Shown here: piece by piece, positions 9,615 through 17,577 of the stretch
Layout: each line of letters opens with the position of its first letter
How positions within the stretch are numbered: position 1 is the stretch's first letter
Assembly (NCBI GenBank): GCA_964492715.1
Contig: CAZBLK010000004.1
Coordinates: 16,286-80,285, forward strand
DNA length: 64,000 nucleotides
Source of the DNA: an uncultured Defluviitaleaceae bacterium
GTDB lineage: Bacteria > Bacillota > Clostridia > Lachnospirales > WRBF01
Reading direction: 5' to 3'
Program-made: the position numbers and the translations under genes
Notes under the pieces: generated by a model
Seen by the model: the letters and a program-made list of their open reading frames with translations, nothing else
Databases searched by the model: none
What the model was told of the DNA's origin: nothing

Positions 9615-11522
9615 ATGTCAATGCTGCCAGATGTTTTTAAAATGAAAAAGGTTTTAAAATTCTTTACTATTTTTGCAATTGTTACATTTGCACTTAGTTT
9701 ACCTGTGGGTATATTTGCTCAAAATTTGCAAACTATTGCAGAAGTTAATGGTATTGATGTAATTCTGCTAATTGACACAAGCGGTTCTATGCGTGCATCG
9801 GATAAAGGGCGAAATGCAATTGAAGCGGCAAACCTCTTTATCGACATGATGGAAACAAAAAATTCTCGTGTAGGAATTATTGCGTTTAACGACAACGCAA
9901 GAGCTGTCATTGATATGACTGTTTTGAACAGCCAAGAAGACAAAGAGCTTTTGAAACAAAAAATTTCAAGCTTTGAATACGAAGGATACACAGACATTGG
10001 AATGTGGCTTAAAGAAGCTGTAGCTTCAATTCTTGGAAACGTCCGTGACAAAAACAGCCCAATGGTTTTGCTGCTTACAGACGGAAACATTGAAATTGAC
10101 CCTGAAAGTAATGCAAGAACTGCTGAAGCTTCCTACAACGACATAGTCGAAGTTTTGGCAACTGTTGGGAAAAAGCTTCCTATATACACAATTGGCTTAA
10201 ACTATAATGGAAATGTTGACACAGAGCTTTTAAAAACTGTTTCCGAGTCAACAGATGCAAGAAACTACATAGTAAAAGAAGCAAACAACCTTCCACAAAT
10301 TTTTAACGAAATTTTTGCAGACCACATTCAATCTTCGCTTTTGGAGCTTGCTTCTTTTGTTGCAGACGGCGAAAACTACAACGAGGTGAAAATTGACATT
10401 CAAAGCGACTTTGTTGCAGAGGCAAACATAATTATGCTTTCGGAAAAAGAAGTTGCTGACGTTTTGCTTTTTAACCCTCAAGGTGTGCAAACAGAGTTTA
10501 ACCATGATAAAATAAATTTTTCAAAATCTAATAAATATTCTATTATAAAAGTTATTTCACCTGAAAAAGGTGTATGGACACTTAAAGCAAAAGGTGTGAA
10601 GGGCGACAACATTCGTGTTAACCTTATTTATCAGTTTGACTTTGATGTGGAGCTTTCGGCTCAGCCGTCCAAAGACGGTTCGCCTTACGTTTTTACTGGT
10701 AGCCTTATAGTTAATGGTAAAAAAGTTTCTGATGAAACTATTTATAAAGCAACTGCCTCTACTTTGGTTGTAACAGATTCTATGGGCAACGTTTTGGAAG
10801 AGTTTCCCATGAAAGCAACAAAAGATGGGCTTGTTTGTGAGTATACGCCAACTGCTGCTTCAAACATTGAGCTTTTTATACAAACTACTGGTAAAGATTT
10901 CACCAAAAAAAGCAATATATATAAAATTGAATACGTACCAGCAGAAACGCAACAGCCTGTTCCTGTGGAAACTAAAGCACCAGAACAACCACCTTCTGCT
11001 ACCCCTACCCCACCAATGCCCGAACAGGCCGCAAAACCTCTTTTTTCAACTTCGACTATTTTGCTTTTAGCCGTTACTGTTGTAATTGTCGTTTTGCTAA
11101 TTGTGTTTGTAGCGTTCTACCTTAAATCAAACAAAGCAAAGGTATTTACTGGGTATATTGAAGTTAGGGCTATGGATATAAACGAAAAATATACTTCGCT
11201 TGAAACACCTAGCCTTGCTACTTATGTAAACAAAACTTCGCTTTCCGACTTTCTTTCGACAAGCCTAAAGCCAAAAACTGAGCAGGCTGTTAGAGAACTT
11301 CCTTTTAAGGTTGACAACATTTGGCTTTCGCCTGGAAATGCAGGAAATGAGTTTGTAATTAACTTGGAAAACAAGTCGGACTGCATAGTTTCTGACATCT
11401 TTGGTTTTGTAATGGAGCAAAATAAAATTATTTGGCACAAAGACCAGTCTATTGTAATTAAAGGGCGTGGTGATACAACAGGTGCTAAACTTGAAATGAC
11501 TTATAGAACTGACGAAGTTTAA
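9615..11522 (+). CDS. Exported, single-pass membrane-anchored von Willebrand factor A (VWA) domain protein
   Basis: Signal-like N-terminus (KKVLKFFTIFAIVTFALSLPVGIFAQ). MIDAS motif DTSGS at 9774-9788 plus a downstream LLLTDGN. A beta-rich middle region is followed by a Pro-rich linker, a TM helix (ILLLAVTVVIVVLLIVFVAFYL) and a cytoplasmic tail of about 130 aa. The start may be ATG 9621, which has better spacing from GAGGGA. Confidence 0.85.
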   Translation: MSMLPDVFKMKKVLKFFTIFAIVTFALSLPVGIFAQNLQTIAEVNGIDVILLIDTSGSMRASDKGRNAIEAANLFIDMMETKNSRVGIIAFNDNARAVIDMTVLNSQEDKELLKQKISSFEYEGYTDIGMWLKEAVASILGNVRDKNSPMVLLLTDGNIEIDPESNARTAEASYNDIVEVLATVGKKLPIYTIGLNYNGNVDTELLKTVSESTDARNYIVKEANNLPQIFNEIFADHIQSSLLELASFVADGENYNEVKIDIQSDFVAEANIIMLSEKEVADVLLFNPQGVQTEFNHDKINFSKSNKYSIIKVISPEKGVWTLKAKGVKGDNIRVNLIYQFDFDVELSAQPSKDGSPYVFTGSLIVNGKKVSDETIYKATASTLVVTDSMGNVLEEFPMKATKDGLVCEYTPTAASNIELFIQTTGKDFTKKSNIYKIEYVPAETQQPVPVETKAPEQPPSATPTPPMPEQAAKPLFSTSTILLLAVTVVIVVLLIVFVAFYLKSNKAKVFTGYIEVRAMDINEKYTSLETPSLATYVNKTSLSDFLSTSLKPKTEQAVRELPFKVDNIWLSPGNAGNEFVINLENKSDCIVSDIFGFVMEQNKIIWHKDQSIVIKGRGDTTGAKLEMTYRTDEV

Positions 11523-11565
11523 AACAAGAATTGCTATAGTTACGCCTTTTGGCGTAGAAATTTTA

Positions 11566-11585
11566 GGCAGGGGTAGCCCCCTGCC
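11566..11585 (+). promoter_or_regulatory. Intercistronic GC-rich hairpin between the VWA and tubulin-like genes
   Basis: ggcagggg-tagc-cccctgcc is a perfect 8-bp stem followed by only ttt. A second small hairpin tacgcc-tttt-ggcgta lies just upstream. Confidence 0.5.
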
Positions 11586-11613
11586 TTTAGGACTATTGTA
11601 AAGGAGAATACAA

Positions 11614-14600
11614 ATGAAGTTAGGTGCTGATATAATAAACAACCTCAAGCTTTTAGACTATGAATACGGCGGAGGTATAACTGTTGACGACGCTAGGGTT
11701 GACACTATATCAAAGCCCATACTTATAGTAGGCCTTGGCGGAACAGGCGCAGAAGCGCTTATCCGTGTGAAAAAGTCAATAAACAAGCACTTTAAGCTTC
11801 ACACAGCATCAGATGGGCGCAGGCTTGACCGCCCACTTAACATTGAATATTTAGCAATAGACTCTGATGACAATACAGAAAACTTAAAGTACGACGGCAT
11901 TAGCTTTTCAAGAGAAAGCAAGGAGTTTGTGCTTTTAAACAGCTCAAACCTTACTTCAATTTACAAAAACAAAGACGCCGTTTTTAAAGCGTTCACAAGA
12001 GACTGGATTTCGGACAACTTGCGGCTTCAACAGGTGAAGCACGGCGCAGGCGGCATTAGGCAAGCTGGGCGTTTTCTTTTCTTTATAAACATGAATAATG
12101 TGCTTAGCGTTATTACCGAAAAAATAAACAGGCTTGTTACAAACAGAGAGTCTAAAGACTTGCTGTACGTTTTTATAATTGCTGGCGTTTCTGGAGGTAC
12201 AGGAAGCGGAACTTTTATAGATATTCCTTACATAATTCGTAAAGTAGCAGAAGCAAAGGGCTTTGGCACAGAAAACATTGGTATGCTTTTTTTGCCCGAC
12301 GTTACACTTTCTGACAACACAATAGATGGTGCTGCTGCACTAAACATAAAGGCAAACGGCTTTGCTGGGCTTAAAGAGCTTGACTATTTAATGAACATAG
12401 AGCGAAACGGTGAAGTTTTCAAGCAAAAATATTCTGATATTGAAGTGGAGACAAACCTTCCGCCCTATGACCTTTGCCATTTGATAAGCTCTAAAGACGA
12501 AAGCGGAAAGCTTATTAAAAACGCCAAAAACTACTGCATGAACGTAGCCGCAGAAACTATTATAAACTTTATTGCAAGCGAGGAAATTACAGACGGGCAA
12601 AATTACACAATTAATTCTTACCTGTCTAACATAGAAAACACAAAAACTACTTTTTTAATGACACACAGCCAAAAACAGCCTACAAACTACATTTATAACA
12701 TTGTAGGTACGTCAAGCGCAGTTTTGCCTATTGACTATTTAATTAACCATTTAACATACAAAGTTTTCAACGAGCTTTCACCGCTTTACGAAAACAGCCC
12801 CACACAAGACGAGCTTGTTCAAACTTTGCAAGCTTTAAAAATTGACCTCATTTCAATTGAGCGTGAAATTGAAATGGACAAACCAAAACCAAAAGATTTA
12901 AGCAGGTACGACTACAACGTTTTAAAGCTTCACCCGGAAATTGTTGAAGATGCAATTAATTCTGAAATTTTAAGGAACAAGGAATACATTGATCAAAAGG
13001 CAATGCAAATTATTTTTCGGCTAAAGGAGCAGCTAGAGGGCAATCAAAACATAATTGCCAGCCACTTTACCGACTTGGAGCTTGGCCCTTTTTACGCAAG
13101 AAAAGAGCTTTCTGCTGTTTACGACAACTCGCTTTTAAAGCTAATTGACGGAATTAGAAAGCGTGATTTAGTTCAAAAAAAGGAATCGCCCGAAGCTATA
13201 AAGGCGCTTGAAGCAAAAAAGCAAGCTGCCATGAGCAAGCTTTTGGGCAAATTTGCCATTATGAAAGGTGCAATTGCTGACAATGTAATTGACGCACACG
13301 AACAATATTGCAAGGCGATTATCCGAAACGAAATGTATTCGGCTATTGACAAAATTTACGAAGAAGCGTACAGAATGCTTGAAGAGTTGGGCTACAAAAT
13401 TGTTGACACATATTGCGAGCTTCTTCTTTCGCTTAAAGAACTTTTTGACAAGTTTAAAAACCCCGAAGCAAAAGCAGCAAATGAAACACTCGGCGAAAGC
13501 TTTACATGGGACATTGTGGACGCAAAAGAATTTTGTGAAAGCGTAACGTCGGACCGTGATTTAATGCAGGACATTAACAACAAGGCAATTTTGCAACAAC
13601 TTTTAAAGGACATTATTTCTTCACCCGAAAAATGGATTTTGGGTAAAGGCGCAAACGTTGCCGACAGCATTAACCACTTTATTACAAGAGAGCTTCACGC
13701 AGCAACAACAAAGTCTATGGACTATTACCTTGCGCTAATTGCAAAAGAAAAAAACATGACCGCCCTACAATACATTGAACATAAAGTGGAAGAACTTAAA
13801 ACAAACGCAAAAGTTATGTTCCCAATGAACCACATTCCAACAGGGCTTTACATTGAGTTTCCGCCATACTCGTACCTTTCAATTCCGCACAATGCGCCAA
13901 GCATTCGGAACAAGGTGCGCTCGCTTGCTGGAACAGGCAACAATTACAACTTAAAATTTAGCAAAATGTTAAACCGCATTTATATGTTAAACCTAAAAAT
14001 TGCCGTGCCTTTATACTGCTACAAAGAACTTAACGACTATGAAGCCGTTTATGAAGCTTCGGCCGGCAAGCTTTCTGGGTTGCATTTATATGAGGGCGAA
14101 AGCCCAAACATGAATTGGCGCAACCTCCCCTCCCCCAACTATGACAAGTTGTGGGTTGCTGGCTATGAAAACCGCAATGAGCTTGAAAGAAACGAGCATA
14201 TACGCCAGGTTTTCGACAAAGGCTTGGATTATTCGTTAATTCAGTTTGACGAAAGAAACCGCCGTTACGTTTGCCGTTTCGGCGAGCCAGTAAACATTTT
14301 TGAAGCGTATAACATTAAAAAAGCTGATATTATGGGCAATGCAATTTCAATTACAGATGCAGTTAAGCTTGCTTCCAAGTTGCGCAGTTTTTTGGCGGAC
14401 AAGTCACGGCTTATCCATGAAAAAAGCATTTTTGACGTTGAGTTTCTTGCAGACAAAAAAACTCCAGACAATGAGTATGTAAAAGGTGTTTTCATTTATA
14501 TGCCAGAACTAAACACAAAAATTGCTGAGGAAGTAAAAACTTACGAAGAAGCAACTGAAATTTTAAAGGCTCTTTCCAAAATTGAAGAAACCGAAGTTAA

Positions 14601-14994
14601 GTACAGCAACTTTGCACAGCTTGTTTACATGGGTAAAGTTTTCAAAAGCCGCAAAAACTATAAATATACAATTAACGGTGAAGAAAAAATTCTTTTTACG
14701 CTTGATAATATGCAGGAAAAGTTTGTTGAGTACAAGCTGTTTCAAGCTTTTTTGAAGATGGAGCAAGCAGACGCTACTGTTCTTTTGGCAGAAGCCATTG
14801 ACGAGGAAAACAACTGCTCCGACCAACGTTATGAAGAAATTTTAAGCACAATCGACACAATTATCGAAAGCTACAACGAAAAACTAACTTTGCTTACAGA
14901 CATTTTTTCAAATGAAGCTGGCATGGCACAAACTGTAGCTTTTTACAGCACAATGCTTGAAGTGCTGAACAAAGAAAAAGAAGCGTTAAAATAA
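11614..14994 (+). CDS. Giant tubulin/FtsZ-like GTPase-domain protein (Tubulin_2-type) with a long helical C-terminal extension
   Basis: 1126 aa. GLGGTG at 11731-11748 is T1-loop-like and AGVSGGTGSG at 12181-12210 matches the tubulin signature GGTGSG. GGIRQAGR lies between them. About 850 aa of mostly helical, charged sequence follow. RBS AAGGAG is 8 nt upstream. Confidence 0.8.
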   Translation: MKLGADIINNLKLLDYEYGGGITVDDARVDTISKPILIVGLGGTGAEALIRVKKSINKHFKLHTASDGRRLDRPLNIEYLAIDSDDNTENLKYDGISFSRESKEFVLLNSSNLTSIYKNKDAVFKAFTRDWISDNLRLQQVKHGAGGIRQAGRFLFFINMNNVLSVITEKINRLVTNRESKDLLYVFIIAGVSGGTGSGTFIDIPYIIRKVAEAKGFGTENIGMLFLPDVTLSDNTIDGAAALNIKANGFAGLKELDYLMNIERNGEVFKQKYSDIEVETNLPPYDLCHLISSKDESGKLIKNAKNYCMNVAAETIINFIASEEITDGQNYTINSYLSNIENTKTTFLMTHSQKQPTNYIYNIVGTSSAVLPIDYLINHLTYKVFNELSPLYENSPTQDELVQTLQALKIDLISIEREIEMDKPKPKDLSRYDYNVLKLHPEIVEDAINSEILRNKEYIDQKAMQIIFRLKEQLEGNQNIIASHFTDLELGPFYARKELSAVYDNSLLKLIDGIRKRDLVQKKESPEAIKALEAKKQAAMSKLLGKFAIMKGAIADNVIDAHEQYCKAIIRNEMYSAIDKIYEEAYRMLEELGYKIVDTYCELLLSLKELFDKFKNPEAKAANETLGESFTWDIVDAKEFCESVTSDRDLMQDINNKAILQQLLKDIISSPEKWILGKGANVADSINHFITRELHAATTKSMDYYLALIAKEKNMTALQYIEHKVEELKTNAKVMFPMNHIPTGLYIEFPPYSYLSIPHNAPSIRNKVRSLAGTGNNYNLKFSKMLNRIYMLNLKIAVPLYCYKELNDYEAVYEASAGKLSGLHLYEGESPNMNWRNLPSPNYDKLWVAGYENRNELERNEHIRQVFDKGLDYSLIQFDERNRRYVCRFGEPVNIFEAYNIKKADIMGNAISITDAVKLASKLRSFLADKSRLIHEKSIFDVEFLADKKTPDNEYVKGVFIYMPELNTKIAEEVKTYEEATEILKALSKIEETEVKYSNFAQLVYMGKVFKSRKNYKYTINGEEKILFTLDNMQEKFVEYKLFQAFLKMEQADATVLLAEAIDEENNCSDQRYEEILSTIDTIIESYNEKLTLLTDIFSNEAGMAQTVAFYSTMLEVLNKEKEALK

Positions 14995-15008
14995 TTGGAG
15001 CGAAGCTT

Positions 15009-16952
15009 ATGCCAAAAAAGATACATTGTAACGAAATTAAACAGCGTAGCCCAATTGTTTACATCTTTGTTGGTGAAATTGATGAAGGCATAAAAGACGG
15101 CATAAAACATATACATAAAAAGCGTGTTGGTGCAGGCGGCATAGGCTACATTACGGCTTACCCCCAGAACACACGTGAAGAAATTGTTTCCGAAGTTAAT
15201 TTGCTTAGACGTGAGTTTATCAAAAATACTTACTCTGCCGCTGGAGAAATTAAGTTAAACTATGTCGTTTCGGCAGACAATGCTGACGGGCTTTTTTTAG
15301 CAACAGTTAAATCTTGGCTTAACGAACATTTTAAGCTTTTGTACCCAGCGGCCATTGCGACAGATGTTTTTTTGCTTTTAGATGATGTAAATGTGTCACC
15401 AAACGAACACCGAAACGCTGTTTTAAAAATTGCTGACGAAATGGGCATGCAAGACTCGGCAATGGTTTACATTTTGTCCAACCTTAATAACAGTGGCATA
15501 TATAATGAGGAAAGTAAGCTAAATATTATAAATTCAATTGCACTAATTGCACTTTTTAAGGAATATGCTTCACCGCAACCTGATGGTACAACTAGATACA
15601 TTTATAACGAACACTTTTTTAAAGAAGATTGCTTTCGCCAAGGAAATGGCGGAAAGTTTGCAACGCTTGGGCACTATAAACTTAAAAAGCCTATGGGCTT
15701 AATAAAAAAAATTGTGCTGACTAAGCTTCTTTTGCTAATGCAAAATGGAAAAGGCTTTGACGGCGGCTTCGACCCAACGATAAACACAACAAGCAATCAG
15801 TTGAACTTAACTTTAGATGACTTGCTTGCACTACCTTTAAACCGCACAATTTCTGCTGGCGAAAAAACAAGCATGTCAAACATGGGTGCATTGCAAGCTT
15901 TATTCGGCAAACGGCTTGATTTATTTTACAAAGTGAATGAGCAGTCACAAGCAGATAATGTTTTAGTTGAGCTTAAAAAATATTTTGAGGAAGCTGTTTG
16001 CAGCGTAAACGTAGGTTTTTTTAAAACGTTTGACGAAACATCGCCAGACGGTGCACTGACAAAGAGGCTTTTGCAAATGCTTGATGAATTAAAATACGCT
16101 GCAAAAATCGCCGAAGCCCAATTTGAAAGCTGGAAAGGGCAACCAATTTCCGACAACGGCAAGATTTCTCTTTCGGTTTTAACTTCAATTCAGGCATTCC
16201 CTTACAAGCTTGCCGAAAAATATTTGAAATTTAAGCACACTTTGTCAAGCTATAAACACCAAATAAACCAGCTTGAAAAAGCAATTGAAGAAGTAAAACA
16301 GTTTCATTTTAAGCTTGCTTTAACCAAACAAAAAATAGACGAAATTGTGTCACGCTATAACAAAGAAATTGACGAAACAGAAGAAAAGCTTATGCCTATG
16401 CAAAGCTCTGTTCGCAAGTTTTACGAAGCAGCACTCATTGACTGCATCGGTGAAAGCATGACAGAATTTTTAAACATATATTCAAGCCTTTTTAACCTTT
16501 CAGAGGAAGGAAAATTTTCTTTATTCATTGAAAAGCTAGAAACGTTTGTTGAAGAAAATGTTTTCAAAAAACACACGGCGTTCCAAAAGCCATTTGCCGA
16601 AAGTACGGCGCAAATTCTTTGCTTCAACAGCGAAGCCCAAACTGACGATGAAGCTTATCGGCTTATTTTTGACGAGATTGTAGCTGGCAAAACGTTTAAC
16701 GTGTTTTTAAAAACAGGCATGTCAAGGCTTCACTGTGAAATTAACGTTATGCTTGGCACAGAAAGCAAGCTTGCACACACAATTAGGTCGGGCGCTGCTT
16801 CTTGCGCAAACAAAGTAAATATTTTTTACGAAGCTGAAAAGGAAATCGGTGACGTCGACATAATTTACCACGCAGGTGGCTTTTCGCAGGAAGATTTATA
16901 TTACAACGAGCTTTTTCCAGAAAAACTTAACGGAGACAGGCATGGACGCTGA
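15009..16952 (+). CDS. Hypothetical 647-aa protein, possibly a degenerate (glycine-loop-less) paralog of the upstream tubulin-like protein
   Basis: Starts 14 nt after the upstream stop. The N-terminal SPIVYIFVGEIDEG sits where the neighbour has KPILIVGLGGTGAE. Alternating beta/alpha-like segments (LNYVVSADNADG, DVFLLLDDV, MVYILSNLNNSG) precede a helical C-terminal half. The similarity is weak. Confidence 0.55.
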   Translation: MPKKIHCNEIKQRSPIVYIFVGEIDEGIKDGIKHIHKKRVGAGGIGYITAYPQNTREEIVSEVNLLRREFIKNTYSAAGEIKLNYVVSADNADGLFLATVKSWLNEHFKLLYPAAIATDVFLLLDDVNVSPNEHRNAVLKIADEMGMQDSAMVYILSNLNNSGIYNEESKLNIINSIALIALFKEYASPQPDGTTRYIYNEHFFKEDCFRQGNGGKFATLGHYKLKKPMGLIKKIVLTKLLLLMQNGKGFDGGFDPTINTTSNQLNLTLDDLLALPLNRTISAGEKTSMSNMGALQALFGKRLDLFYKVNEQSQADNVLVELKKYFEEAVCSVNVGFFKTFDETSPDGALTKRLLQMLDELKYAAKIAEAQFESWKGQPISDNGKISLSVLTSIQAFPYKLAEKYLKFKHTLSSYKHQINQLEKAIEEVKQFHFKLALTKQKIDEIVSRYNKEIDETEEKLMPMQSSVRKFYEAALIDCIGESMTEFLNIYSSLFNLSEEGKFSLFIEKLETFVEENVFKKHTAFQKPFAESTAQILCFNSEAQTDDEAYRLIFDEIVAGKTFNVFLKTGMSRLHCEINVMLGTESKLAHTIRSGAASCANKVNIFYEAEKEIGDVDIIYHAGGFSQEDLYYNELFPEKLNGDRHGR

Positions 16953-17577
16953 AAGATTTATTATTCAAACCGAAGCACCGCTTAACGAGCAAATTGCACA
17001 GCTAGAACACTTTCTTGACAAAAAAAATAGTTTAGAACTTAAATGGAAGTGGCCAAAAAGTGCTGACATAAAGCTTGCAGCAGTTTTTTTTGTTGAAACC
17101 GGGGAAGAACAGCTTGAAACGCTTATTCGTGAAGGTTTTCCGTGTACCCTGGTAACAAAGTCAATTGACATGCACTACAAGGGTATGCTTGAAGTTCAAA
17201 AGCGAATGTACAAAGTTTACCCTGCAAAATTTGGGGCAGACAATAAAATTATTTTAGTTCCGCAAGAAGAAGGCAATGCTACACCGCTTGTTTTAAGGAA
17301 AATTCAGGTTTCATATACCGTTAAGTATAAGCCAATTTTAGGAAGCGAATACAAACAAGCGACAATAAAGCTTGCACCTTCCGAAAAGCTTGACATTTCG
17401 GAAAGCTTGGCCTACACAACAAGCCGAAGCAATCGTCTTTTTCCGCTTGAACAAGCTATGTGCACAGGTAATACTCCGTTTTACATAAAGAAATATGATA
17501 CAATTCAAATTCACGCTTTAGCGCAGTTTAAAGACGTAATACAGCTCCAAGAAGCAAAACTGCAAAAGGAGGATTGA
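16942..17577 (+). CDS. Hypothetical 211-aa protein, translationally coupled
   Basis: ATG at 16942 overlaps the upstream stop (16950-16952) by 11 nt. The longer track ORF from 16876 would overlap further. No recognisable motifs; appears beta-rich. Confidence 0.55.
   Translation: MDAERFIIQTEAPLNEQIAQLEHFLDKKNSLELKWKWPKSADIKLAAVFFVETGEEQLETLIREGFPCTLVTKSIDMHYKGMLEVQKRMYKVYPAKFGADNKIILVPQEEGNATPLVLRKIQVSYTVKYKPILGSEYKQATIKLAPSEKLDISESLAYTTSRSNRLFPLEQAMCTGNTPFYIKKYDTIQIHALAQFKDVIQLQEAKLQKED

Noticed and set aside
11265-11648. 127-aa minus-strand ORF spanning the VWA/tubulin-like junction.
   Set aside because: It is antisense to two supported genes, and its translation is low-complexity with no RBS.
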